A DNA stretch of 64,000 nt from Antedon mediterranea (lineage: Eukaryota > Animalia > Echinodermata), in NCBI RefSeq assembly GCF_964355755.1, contig NC_092672.1, positions 27,348,437-27,412,436 on the forward strand, in the 5' to 3' direction. The first letter of the stretch is position 1; every line of letters starts with the position of its first letter. Under the pieces are notes generated by a model. The model searched no databases, was not told where the DNA came from, and was given only the letters and a program-made list of their open reading frames with translations. A program made the translations under genes and the position numbers. Shown piece by piece: positions 24,967-37,600 of this stretch.

Positions 24967-25730
24967 CGCCGTGGTTAGGATTCCGGCACCGGAACTCAAC
25001 TGCCCAGCGTTAGGGGGAATCCGACACGCTATTGCGCATGCCCAGAGCGAGGTAATCGGCGACTCTATACATCAACAGCGATGGATCATTTCATAGCTGC
25101 GCCACACGGCGAACTAGCCTATAGAGATGCCTACTAATACGGGATCCACTAATCTAGGCTAGGGCTACCAGTTAGACGTGACCAGTGGGCCTATTTATTT
25201 TGTAATTAAAAAGTGGTTGCTTTATTCATATAATTAAACTTCATATCATTATGAATTATAATAATTACATGACTAGTTTTATGATTTTTCATAACGCATT
25301 ATACTGTACATAACAACAGGGAGTTGTCCCTGATAACATTAACAACATGCAATCACAAGTTGGATGTGAAAAAACTGTTCGGGAAGTCAGGGTCGCAACG
25401 CTAAAAACAACATTACGAATCTTAGATAGAAACTGATACTTATTAATATCATTATAATTATTTTAACACGTGGCGTAGTCGTATTTTAATAATTAATTCA
25501 TGTATGGCATAGGCAAAGTTTCATCCATCGCTCTCTCCCTCGCGCAACGACTATCTAGGCTACAGTAATCCCTATAACACTCCGACTCTCGGTGGTGTGG
25601 TGTGTGTGGCACTCTATATTATAAGTGCAAGCTATAATTCACTTCCCAGAGCTATGGGCATGCGCAATAGCGTGTCGGATTCCCTAACGGTGGGCAGTTG
25701 AGTTCCGGTGCCGGAATCCTAACCACGGCG
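24967..25730. mobile_element. MITE with ~80-bp TIRs and 9-bp TSD (Mutator-like by TSD length) in DCAF17-A exon 1
   Basis: TIR CGCCGTGGTTAGGATTCCGGCACCGGAACTCAACTGCCCA...; TSD ATATTTGTT at 24958-24966 and 25731-25739; empty site present in copy B. Confidence 0.92.
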
Positions 25731-25992
25731 ATATTTGTTTCACTACACTCATCATAGGGCCTAGGCCTAAAATATACCGCATGCTTCCTTCATCATCAGG
25801 TTTCACAAAATCAACACATTCATAGATTGTAACAGTTCACTGCACACACATAACAACAAATACCAGCTGAGTTTGTTTTGCTGCTGCTGTTTTGCTGCTG
25901 CTGCTGTATGCTGCTACCCTGGGAATGAGTTGAGAACTATAATTGAGTACTACGGCAGTCAACTTTATCAACCATAAATAGAAATTTCATCT

Positions 25993-26336
25993 AGATGTAT
26001 TGTCCCCAAAAAACATGAAAAATGAAGATTAATTAAATCAGACTTTGAATGTGTTATTTTGTAGTTTTAATAAAATAATTAATCACTTCCATAGAAAAAA
26101 AACGAAAAAAAATGTTTTCACTTATAAAATGACAAAATAAATGGTTAAATTCAACCAAAAATCCATTGGCTGGCAGCCAATTTGACAATTTTTTGCTTTA
26201 AATTACATTTTTTCAGGTAAATACATTTTTTTTCGATCCAATTTTTGGTCAATGTGGATAACTATTATGTTACATTAAAATGGAATATTTAAAATAACAA
26301 ATTTAAGAATTATTTTTTCAGGGGGACAATACATCT
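25993..26336. mobile_element. MITE with 15-bp TIR AGATGTATTGTCCCC and TTAA on the right flank (Kolobok/piggyBac-like)
   Basis: Perfect 15-bp terminal inverted repeats; left TTAA not preserved. Confidence 0.6.
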
Positions 26337-26769
26337 TTAAACTTTAAAGTTGAAAAAGAATGAATAAAATAATTATCACAAAAGTGACAGTTCATCTTTG
26401 TAGTTTATAGGCACCGTGTAAAGTTATTCGTTTTTGACTAAAAAAACAGTTTGCTTTGTTGAATTGAAAGTGTGCACTCCAATTGTCCTTCAGATTCAAT
26501 TAGCCTATATATAACTACTGGATAAAATACAACAAGCACAGTTGCAGATTCAGAGGTTTTTTCCTGTTTTGCTTCACACCGTCGGTTAACTGGATTTTCT
26601 ATTTTTACTATTTATATAACAATTCGCGCAATCAATCGTCAAGTCATTTGAAGATTAACAACAACATTATCATTTATTTGCATTGTTGCCTTGTATCATG
26701 GCCATTATTCATTACACATATCTATCAATACATCTGTGTTAATGATATGCAATTATGAAAATATTAATA

Positions 26770-27060
26770 AAAAAGATAAAAAGAAATTGAATCGTATTAC
26801 AAGGAAAGCTGAATATATTGTTAAAGATCCGTTAGTGCAGTTTAGATGAAATATATACATAGATTGGATAGTGAAGGCAGCTCATAAAATAATTAAAGAT
26901 GTTGATCATCCCCTTAGCAAATACTTTATTATCAAACGCAATGGTAGAATACATGTTCCAATAACTAAGAAAAACAGATCGAGATATGCCTTTGTTGCAA
27001 ATGCTATTCATATAATTAATTCACGTCACCATCGATAAAATGTTATGTAATACAAGACTA
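26770..27060 (+). mobile_element. LINE 3' fragment (Rex/L2-like C-terminus)
   Basis: Remnant peptides KKLNRITRKAEYIV and IIKDVDHPLSKYF resemble the C-terminus of the 10992-13469 ORF. Confidence 0.5.
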
Positions 27061-27389
27061 TGTAAACAATGAAACTTTTAAAACGTAAATTTTTTCAATT
27101 TATAAATGTTTTTTATATCTTTAATATTTTTAAACGTTTTAAACATGTTTAGCCTATTTGAAATTTTAGCAATTTATAAATTGTAAAGGTTTTAGGAACA
27201 TTCTAATGGTTTAAATCCTTTTAAAGCTGTTTATAATAATTATTATAATAATAATAATATAAAAAACTTTCGATTTCCAGCAACCTATAGAAACAAGTTA
27301 GGGCTGCAGGTTGTTTCATTGTGTTAATTCAGGGAAGTTTCCTATCCTTGTTCTTCAACAGTCTTGTGGTCGATGACACATTATTGCAT

Positions 27390-27738
27390 GCCCATAACAA
27401 AAAGTCTTTAGTAGATATAGCTCTATATCTATTAGCCTTATAAGTTATTTTCTTAAGCTATATATAGCTCTATTACTTATTAAGAAGATAGCTATTAGAA
27501 ATCTATGAATATCATATAAATTATTGTCTACTATTAACAAATAATAATTGGCCACTTAAATATTAATCAACTATATATTTTATATAGCTGGGAAGTAGTC
27601 ATTCCATTGTTGACTCATTAAGTTAAAATCATTAGTAGCCGAGATGAAAAGGTCTACTAAAAAACTATTAGGGCTACTAAAAATAGAGCTATTTCTATTT
27701 AAGTCTACTTAAATCTACTATTTTTGTTTGCTATGGGC
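27390..27738. mobile_element. AT-rich MITE with imperfect TIRs
   Basis: GCCCATAACAAA...AGTAGAT at the left end; ATCTACT...TTTGCTATGGGC at the right end. Confidence 0.45.
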
Positions 27739-30609
27739 TAGTTCTACTGTAGGTCTTGGTCTTTGCAATTTGAAAGCTCCAATGACAAAGCTCTGAAAAC
27801 TAAACAGCCCTGTCTCTTTCATCAGAGCCGCAGGGACAGAGGTAGCATAACATTTTAAGTGGTAATCTAAGTGGTCAAGTCTGACAGCAAGGTACAATGC
27901 AATGCAGTGTGTTTTACTATTTCCAGGTCACCGAATGAATTTTAATTGTTTGAGAGGGTAAAGTGGGTGAAGAGACTCAAGCAAAGTTTTCACTGTTTTC
28001 ATATACAAATACTGTACGTGTGAGGGTGTAAATTGTACACCTCCGCATAGAAAAAATAGGGCATAACAATTTACACATTAGTCCAGTTTTATGACACTGG
28101 TTAATAAAATGGACAACAAATTAATGATTGGATACTGGACATGCAGTTCTTGATAGACTCAAAACAACTTTCTGGTAGCTACGGGTATGCAGATGTGGTA
28201 AGAAACACACAAGGAAGAGCAAGAGATCTCTCGTTCTGAATTTGGAGGCCCAAGGAAATGAGGGAAAGACAGCGAAAGCGGCGCTTGAGGAATTAATGTA
28301 CGAATACGGAGAAGCGAACTCTGCCGTATCTCCAATGGCAAATTGTTATGCTAGTATCCAGAGAAGTGGGGAAACTGCAAATAAATACGCAATTGCCTTG
28401 GAAGCCGTGTTGGGCAAAGTGGAAAGAAAGAATTCATCTGTGCTCGAAGAACGTGATTGAATGCTAACGACGCAGTACATGTTTGGACTAATGGATCTCT
28501 GAGTTCGTGAGCGGTTAGCCCCTATGAGACTACGGGACATGTCCTTTAACCAATTGAGACGGGAGCTGAGAATCATCACAGAGGAGAACAACTAGGCGAA
28601 GAGAAGGGCATTCTACATGACTCAGACTGCCGGAGATATTACTTCCACACAGACAGATAAGCTAAGGGCAGCGTTAGATAAACAACTAAAGGCCACAAAA
28701 AACACCTCGATCGCATTGAACTGTCTGGACAATGAGTTTTAATCAGGACATGGTTCGCCCCCCGTCAGCAGTACCAACCAATGACAGGACCCCTACCAGG
28801 GGCACAAAGGCCCATCGAATGTAACCATTGCCACGAGTACGGACACATCGCCCGATACTGCCCATGGGCAGGCCTTCCTTTAAACTAAAGTCACCTGCTG
28901 TTGTGGGACAACCAGTGGGTGTGAAAGAAAAGAGCCCAGTAGTAAATAATGAAGTTCCTGTACCATTGGATGAGAAACATAAACAAGAACTAGTAGGACA
29001 CGTAAACACATGTGAAGTGCACGTAAGTGGCCAGCCATGTACAGCTCTGTTAGATACCGGATCACAGGTGATGACAATCACCTTGGCGTTTGTTAAAGAG
29101 CATCGCACCTTGTCGAAGTCGGATATTGTTCCGTTGAGTATCACCATTGAAGGCGCAGGGGGACTGGCGTTTCGAGTGCCGTACCGACGAATTCCACTGA
29201 CCAAGTTTCAAGAAGTACGAGAGCACGTAAAGGACTTAGAATAATCTGGAATCATCCGACGAGAGTCCTTTTGCTTCGCCCATTGTCATCGTTCAGAAGA
29301 AGGATGGAAGTAGTCGTCTATGCGTCGAGTACCGTAAGTTAAACTCACAAACCGTACGGGACGCTTTTCCATTACCGAAGATAGAAGAAAGCCTTGATTC
29401 TCTTGCTAACGCAAAATATTTCTAAAGTCTTGACTTAACGTCGGGTATCTCCAAATCCAGATGGACCATAATGATCAGCACAAGACGGCATTCATTACAC
29501 CCTTTGGTTGTTTGAATATACTATGATGTCGTTTAGACTCATGAACGCCCCTGCCACGTTTCAGCGTCTAATGAACACTGTTTTTGGCGACCTTAATTTT
29601 ACCGACATTCTACTCTATCTAGATGGCATTATTGTGTTTAGTAAAAAAGTTGAAGAACAAGAAGAGAAGCTTCAAAATGTGTTTGATAGGCTCCGCACAC
29701 ATGGCCTTAAGCTGAAGAGGTCAAAACGTCAATTCTTCAAGAAAGAAGTTCAATACTTTGGACATCATGTTTCAGCAGATGGAGTGAAAACCGACCAAGA
29801 AAAAGTAGCAGCGGTAGAGAACTGGCCGGTTCCGAAAGAAAAGAGGGTGCCACTTCCTTGGTTTTACTGGCTATTACCGACGTTTCATAAAAGACTATGC
29901 AAGTATCGGCAGACGAGAATTCAATGCGAAACAGAAAAGAATGTACTAGGTAACTGTCTACGACGAAAAGATACAAAAGAAAGTTTTTTATTACCGCCGT
30001 CAAATAATTAACACATTATCAATAATGGGACAGTCCTACAGGTATCTTTGCCACATGAGGAAATTAAACAAGAACAGAGGAGAAACAAGATCACTTCTAC
30101 TTGAGAGTGAGGATAAGCTGAGTGATCGGCGTATGCAACAAGAATCCCGGCAAGTACGGAATATTTTATCAAAATTGGATAATCTAAAGTTCGACAATGG
30201 AGTGATGATCCAGAGTCCCAATCTCAACACACACGATTTATCATTACCAGTTACTGCCCTGTGAAAGTAATTCGACAGTTGCATGATATTATGGGTCATT
30301 AAGGCTTTGAAAGAACACTCGATTTAGTTCAAAGGTGTTGTTTCTGGCCAGGATTAAGAGGCGAGGTCCGCGAACACATCAACCAATGTGAAAGATGTGT
30401 GCTTAGAAAGACCGCAGAACCCAAGGCTAGAGCTCCTCTAAGTAATATAAATAACCACCCGAATTGGTTTGCATCGACTTTTGAACAGTTGAAATGTCAC
30501 GTGGGGGCATAGAAGATGTACTGGTTTTGACAGACCACTTCACAAGATACGCCCAAGCATATCCAACGAGCAATCAGACGGCGCACACTGTCTTTTTTTA
30601 TTCATTATG

Positions 30610-33600
30610 GTCCCTGTTTTATAAATCCAATTTGTTTTTAAAAAAAAGGTAACAGTATGACTAGTAACCAACAAAATGCTGCAGCGGATTCATCGCTGGA
30701 TCCATCAATACCTGATCCGATTTCTACAAACACACCTATAATGCCGGAACTTAGTATCCAAGGACAACCAAGGCGACCACGACCAAGACTTCTCAGATCC
30801 ACTACACCGAGGAGTGGTGCAGTAAACAGCCCAGAGATGGCAACAGACGTCAGCGTAGTTCAACCAGGGACATTGCCCTTGTTGTTGGCTGACATTGATC
30901 CACCATTGGATACTGTACCAAGAGTGTATCAGATAAAGAGTGTTCCCACATTTACTGGGAGGGATAAGGATGGATTAAAGGTGGAAGACTGGGTTAGAGA
31001 TATAAAGTATCTGTTACGATCCAAGGGTTATTCTGCACCACTTCCCCAATTCCATGAGATTGTAAGACACACTGAGGATCGGGCCCGTGACTTTGTATTG
31101 AACTTGGAGAGTAGGGGTCCAGACCTAATGACACCTGATGCTGCCCTGAAAGAACTGGTCAGAGAGTATTGGGGACTTGAACTTTATTGTGTCACCTATA
31201 GCAGCTTTTTATGCCCGTTTTCAGCAGTCCACTGAAACGCCAAGAGACTATGCAATTGCGCTCGAAGCTCTTTTACGCCAAGTATGTGGCCAACTCAAGT
31301 CACAAAATTCTGTCGAACTGATGGATCGAGATGGGGTTTTATGAACCCAGTTTATGTATGGCCTGCGAGATGTAAATGTAAAGAATCGGCTGGCTCCGAT
31401 GCACCCATGGCACATGACATTTGCAGCTTTACGGGAAGAACTACACATCATCTCCTATGAATTGGCACATAACCGTGATCAGACAGACAGACTGTAGCAA
31501 GACCTAAAGACAGTGTTGCAAAGAGCGAAGTGAAATCAATACCAACCACGGATATAAACCTCGAAATATTAGAACGGTTAAAGGCTTTAGATGGTACGCA
31601 TTCAAGGAATCGAAAACAAGCCAGAAAGTTATGACAGACCTCGGGCACAACCTCGCAGGAACGCCTGCTTCAAATGCGGCAAGATTGGTCATTTCGCCAG
31701 AAACTGTAATCCGACTAACAATCGCCCCGCATCAATGTGACACAGCAGCAACAACAGACTTACTTCGAACACCAGACACCTTTTCAGCCACAAAGTGTAA
31801 ACTCCTACCAGACCGGCAATCATGGTGTACAAATAACACAGCAGCTGCGACAACAAGTTTACTTTGAACATCAGATTCCATTCCAGCCACAAGGCCCTTT
31901 CCAACAATTTGGCCGACCATGGTATCCCACTAATCAACAGCTTCCAGTAAATCAACAAGCCGACCTGAAACAGCTGCTGCCAGCCATCAGCTTTCTTTAA
32001 ACGGGTATGAACTGCAGACGACGGGCTATCTGTTGGTATGAATTTGTGCCCAAACAAATCAATAGAGGGATTAATCGGTCCAGTGAATGAAGCTATTGTA
32101 TCCATATCTGGTCAACTTTGTAATGCTCTTTTAGATACAGGTTCACAAGTTACAACCATCACTGCAGATTTCGTCAATGATCACCCAACTTTAAAGATCT
32201 AAAAGCTACAGCTAGTTGCTGTGAACATTGAATGGGCTGGAGGTCAGTTAGTAGCCCACCATGGTGTTCTGCTCATCAACTTGGAAGTACTGGGAGTAGA
32301 GTTGGAGGCGGTTCCGGTACTGGTTGTACCATCAAGATGAAGATGCCCTGTTTCATTGGAACGAATGTGATATGGCCAACTACATGGTCAGTATGGACGG
32401 TCATTCATGGAAATCATTCGGGAGAAATCTACTACATGGTTTGCAGCTTACCAGTCTCTAAAGGGTGATGGGATGGACTGACTGACTGACTGACTCTGAG
32501 GTTATACAGATTATACTGTGTAAACTCCTCGAAATGAAAAAAAGCCGAACCACACCTTACCACCCACAGGGGAATGGCATGACTGAGCGGTTCAACTCTA
32601 CATTACTCAATATGTTGGGAACGCATCAGCCTCATCAGAAACCTCGGTGGCGTGACCATGTAGAGGCCATGACACACGCCTATTGTTCCACGCATTCATC
32701 AACTCAGTTCACCCCATTTTTTCTGTTTATAATGCGTGAACCGAGAGTGTCTTTAGAGTAGAACCTTTTGAACTTTTTGAACTAGAGACTGATGGAGAGG
32801 AACTCACTGACACAAATGAAGTTGATTTCATCCATTGACTCAGATACCAACTTCGTCCATTGACTCAGATACCAACTTCGTCCATTGACTCAGATACCAA
32901 CTTCGTCCATTGACTCAGATACCAACTTCGTCCATTGACTCAGATACCAACTTCGTCCATTGACTCAGATACCAACTTCGTCCATTGACTCAGATACCAA
33001 TTTCGTCCATTGACTCAGATACCAACTTCGTCCATTGACTCAGATACCAACTTCAAGAAGCTTACGACTTAGCAGCGATGCATACAAAGGCTGCAAGACA
33101 GAAGCAGAAAAATGCGTACAACAAAACGTTGATTTGAACGTTGGAGACTCTGTTTTAGTTGCTAACAAGTCATTGCGTGGCCGTAATAAACTGAGGGAAA
33201 GATGGGAGGAAACACCATATACCATTATTCATCACATCCAAGGTCAGTCCACATTCACTGTGCACCGAGATGATGATGGCAGAGAGCAAACTGTTCACCG
33301 CAACCATGTACCTTTGAAAAATTTGATAGTGATGGTAGTAGTTGCAACAATGCACCAGAGTCTCCTTCAACTGATGATGATGATCCAGAAGTTTACAGAA
33401 CGAATGCAACTGACTTGATTCCTCTTCCTGCTGAATTTTGTACTCACTCCCCCACTACTAACATTACGGATAGGGATGGGCACTGCAGTAATTATTTTGC
33501 CAAAAGGGTTAGAGAATGGGAAACTAATGCTGTTTTTTCTCGTAAATAAGAATGTCTTTATAATTTTTATCTATAATTATGTCGTTGGGACAACATCGCT

Positions 33601-33700
33601 CTTAAGCTGGGGTGGGTGTGAAGGTACCTGTACATGTATTAAATGTATTTTCTGTAGATAGGTTACACGGCCTAATTTTTTAAACATTTTATATCTTTCA
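30610..33700 (+). mobile_element. Second degenerate Gypsy element, apparently nested in the first
   Basis: New gag (30657-31700, PTFTG..VEDW, zinc-knuckle remnant CFKCGKIGHFARNC), second ALLDTGSQV (~32125), integrase RTTPYHPQGNGMTERFN, own purine-rich tract + TGTG at 33601-33620. RT/RNase H deleted; boundaries approximate. Confidence 0.8.
32831..33054 (+). repeat. Minisatellite, 9 x 25 bp TCCATTGACTCAGATACCAACTTCG
   Basis: Head-to-tail, nearly identical units with no spacers. Confidence 0.97.
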
Positions 33701-34484
33701 TTTTATAAAATTATGTTAGTATGGTATGTTAGTATGGTATGTCATATGTAATGTTGTTAGGGAACGATTTAAGCTGTGGTGAATGTGAGGGTGTAAATTG
33801 TACACCTCCGCATAGAAGAAATAGGGTGGGACAATTTACATGTTAGTCCAGTTTTATGACACTGGTTAATAAAATAAATAAATAAATAGTGTTACATAAA
33901 TAATTATTATCACGGTCCAATATGGCATTTTTAATGTATGGGTAAATAATGTGTTAAACGGAATAATCTGCACCCATTCTGCGTCTTCGTCAGAGAATGG
34001 TAAGCTTGGGATGATACCTGATACATCCTCTCTCCTTCGGATGCTTGCATCGACTAGACGTATATTTGCCTAGCCTGTTAAACAATTTAATTATTTTTCT
34101 TTTTGTTGAGAGCACATCGTTTGATCTTGATGTAATCAATCTTGTTCCTGTTTGCTGCTAGCGACGGCTGCAGTGTTGTGTTGGGTTTTAGCTTCTTTTC
34201 TGTTATTAAAAAATTGCGATTAAACTGGAATCAGGTCTTTTCTATTATGTGTCAGTGATCATTATTTGCTCTCCCACAAGCTAGTCAAACACCAACGGAC
34301 ACAATCCGAAGGCACACACACAACTGGTTGCAGAATTGGTTGTACAAGCCTTACTATGGACTGTCCTGTATAAAATAAATGCAAGGCTGTGTAGAGAAAA
34401 GACACATGGTGGTTTATCTGAAAAAAGATTATACTGTATTGCTATAGAGTTCCCCTTACAGTTAGATTTCAGTAGCAGGCATAT

Positions 34485-34676
34485 CATTCATGGCAGATGT
34501 TCTGCTATGGCAGCCAAAACATGGGCCTGCAAAACAAGGAAGAGCAGCACTCACAAACATTGATGTACTAGAGACAGATACTGGTATGCAGAGAGAAGAA
34601 CTAGTTGTCACAATGGCAGATAGGAAGTTATGGATGAATCCGTCATATAAGTTTGGGTATGTCCCAGACTAAAGTA
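34485..34676 (+). mobile_element. 5'-truncated RTE-clade LINE with 14-bp TSD
   Basis: Peptide DVLLWQPKHG..KQGR..DTG..EL..MADRKLW, short AAGT-repeat tail, TSD AGTAGCAGGCATAT at 34471-34484 and 34677-34690. Confidence 0.8.
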
Positions 34677-34693
34677 AGTAGCAGGCATATTTT

Positions 34694-37600
34694 TTAAGTG
34701 ATGTCCATTTCCCTTGATAATTTGTAAAAACTACATTCAAACACGCCACGATTCTTCACAATACACCATATAGTATCCAGGTCAACTGTGATGTCATAAT
34801 CTAAATGCTGAAACAAAACAAAAAATTAAATCAGATAAAAAAAAATTATCAATATGATAAAGATCGCCTCGTTTTTTAAGAGTTTACCCAATATTAGGAA
34901 GCTATCGTTTGGCGATAATCGACGAATAAGTACAAGCTAGGTTATGTAAATTGATATGTCTTTAATTGGACCTAGAAACCACCAAACCTGTTGAGGTAGA
35001 GAGCTATAATAATGCACATTATGACTTCCCGGCATCCTCACAATAAACTTCTACAATTATCCCCATGGAAATTAGGCCTATAGACTACCAAAAAAAGTGT
35101 AAAATACCCTTTTTTCTATGACATCAACTTTTTAACCTGCTGAACTGTTTCAACTTTTTCAGTTCAGCAGGTTAAAATGCTGATGTCAACTGTCTCAAAA
35201 CCCTGGTAGAGAGTCCAGTTTGGAGAGTTGTAATTGTTCTTTAATCTTACTCCAATGACAGTCAATGTCCATTCCAGTAAATGGAAATGTTTTAGTAAAA
35301 TTCAATGATTATTTAAATCTTCAGTGATTTGTATGAACCCTGTATGATTTTTAAAAAGAAACCGGTTTATTTAGCATAACTGCTTTTAACGACAATATTA
35401 ATCAAAATCAAAATTCTGTTACCTCTTCCCATCTTCCTTCTAATGTAACGACCTTATACATCTCGCCTGTGTCATTGTCATGGTAACAGACATGACCTTT
35501 ATGGTCTTCATCTGTGATGACAACAATTAATAAATCTAGCTCGTTTTCATGTTCAACGCCTTTCAAAGTCTAAACAAAAAATACTTGTACTATAATTCAC
35601 AGTTCTAAAACATATTTGTGCCCAAAAGCTTTAAAATATGAATAGAATTTACATGCATTAAATTTTACAAATTGGAAATCATGTTATAATATAACCACAA
35701 TATTGTTTGTGATTTTGTAATATTGATTTATCACTGCTCACACAATAAATTAAATGCCAACCAAAATGTGGTTCATGGTATGGTTTTATTTCTAATCTTC
35801 CTTAATACATGTCCAGTACATATGATCCTCATTTTATCTTGACCTCTCCCTGACCTTATGGTCTATACCATTCTATGTGCAATTATAAATTTACCTCAAG
35901 TCCAGGCCAAGCGACTAATGATGAATCAAAGACCCTTGGTGTGACTACTCTTCCAGAGGATGTGAAAGTTGGCCCTGGCGATCTTTGTGTTGCATTGTTA
36001 ATCATGTTAATATTAAATAATTCTACCACTTCTGAATTTGTTGAAGATTGTTTCATTTTTAACATTCTGTAAAATAAAACACATTCATTTTGTCCTTTTC
36101 TAAGCTCTATAATACACTACAGTACAGGTCCACCTCAAATAATTAGAGACCCCTCCAATTAAAGACTGCTGTACCACGGCCCTGGATGATCACATTTTCT
36201 TAATCTTTAAGTGTTCCCTCAAGTCAAAGACTCCCTCTAGAGATCAGAGACCATGGTTTGGGTGGACCCAACAGAACATTTTCTTTTAAATTGTTCTACT
36301 AATTAAACACCATTAAAAATAATCTTTTGACAATTTTGCATTTTTAAGGGTAGAACAGAAATTGACATTTTGAAAAAAAAATCCAAAGACAAAACTGCAG
36401 ATTTTGAAATACACACAAACATGATAGACAAGCCAACATTTGCCATCACTCTTTGGGATTTAATTTCCCTCTAAATAGGATAATTTAAAACTACTTCTAG
36501 TGCCAGTCTTTATTTGAAAGGATTCTAAACAGAGATCAGTACCAAAAAAAGTGGATTCCTGTAGTTTTATTGGATTTGGAGGAAGACCTGCAGTTTGATA
36601 AAAACGTTTCTAAGCTCATCAAAAACAGGTGTGTAGAACGAGCAATCAAAACTTTCAAGAAAACTTAAATCTGCAAATTTATCATGGACACTAACCTCAT
36701 CTTGTTTGGTCCAGTGTGTATAATCCTTCCCGATTCATCCCAGTGAAACCAAGCTTTCTCCCCTGTATATGTAGGATCCTGAACTAGATTTAATCTCCCA
36801 TTGATGGCCTAGAAAACAATGTCATTGACATCACATTTTACATTTTAAAAGAAAAATGGTCCAGCATTGATCGTTGGAATGGTGTTATACAAACGAAAAT
36901 TATTTGTTATTATAAAGCATAAAGCTCTGTCTACATTATAAAACTAGTTTGACAAATAAAGTGCCCAAATATGTTATTCATATGCCCACATATGGTAGTA
37001 ATATGACATTACCTGTACAGCCCCATTAGAGAATGTATTCATTTTTACCCGAAGTTTTTCAAAACTTCGGGTAAATGTCACTTAACCTCCTACTGTGACA
37101 TGTGTTTATATAAGTCCAACTTTGATAGACAGGTCGTTAAACCTTTTGATCATTGGCCGACTTCTGCTAGTTTTTGCCTGACCATTGACCTTGCATACTG
37201 AAGAATGTACCTTTTCCTAATCAATCAATTACAAGAGAGCTAATAAAATCACAGGGGTATAATAGGATTCAGGTCATTAATCACATGTTTAGTTGATTTA
37301 TCTGATAAGGATTTTGACCAAAAAGTTCTAATGGGGATGTACACCTAATGGACATCATTATGTCCATATATGGGCACATAACATTTGTTGTCACATAAAG
37401 TTTGATAGTGTAGACAGAACTTAAGTAACTTAAAGGAAATCTGACAGTAACATATCTTACCTCTTTATTATTTTTCATATCAAAAACCGACATATCACCA
37501 TTATTTGGCATATAAGCAATGATGTAATGCCAGGGAAATCCCCCAATCACCACACAATGTTCCTCACTCTTGGCAACATCAAACAGTACATCAGGGCATT

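Larger units (their letters stand above)
5376..25752 (-). pseudogene. DCAF17: DCAF17 copy A, disabled 14-exon paralog. Exons: 25752-24887 (split by MITE), 18184-18123, 17505-17464, 16894-16801, 16310-16165, 15717-15657, 15327-15238, 15039-14929, 14249-14156, 13665-10453 (split by LINE), 9122-9013, 8508-8346, 7691-7545, 5489-5376
   Basis: Exon-by-exon homology to copy B with GT-AG boundaries. MITE in exon 1, 3-kb LINE in exon 10, in-frame TGA at 13661-13663 where copy B has TGC. Confidence 0.88.
28019..33896 (+). mobile_element. Degenerate Ty3/Gypsy LTR retrotransposon (outer element)
   Basis: Direct repeats 28019-28110 and 33784-33875 (3' copy TG...CA to 33896). Gag, protease ALLDTGSQV, RT (NAPATFQRLM, YLDG in place of YLDD) and integrase remnants up to about 30600; many stops and frameshifts. 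Confidence 0.88.

Noticed and set aside
30657-31235. Domesticated gag (PNMA/Arc-like) gene
   Set aside because: Continues into frameshifted, stop-ridden gag-pol remnants of the nested Gypsy element.
32831-33054. CRISPR-like array
   Set aside because: Units abut with no unique spacers, there are no cas genes and the context is eukaryotic; it is a minisatellite.
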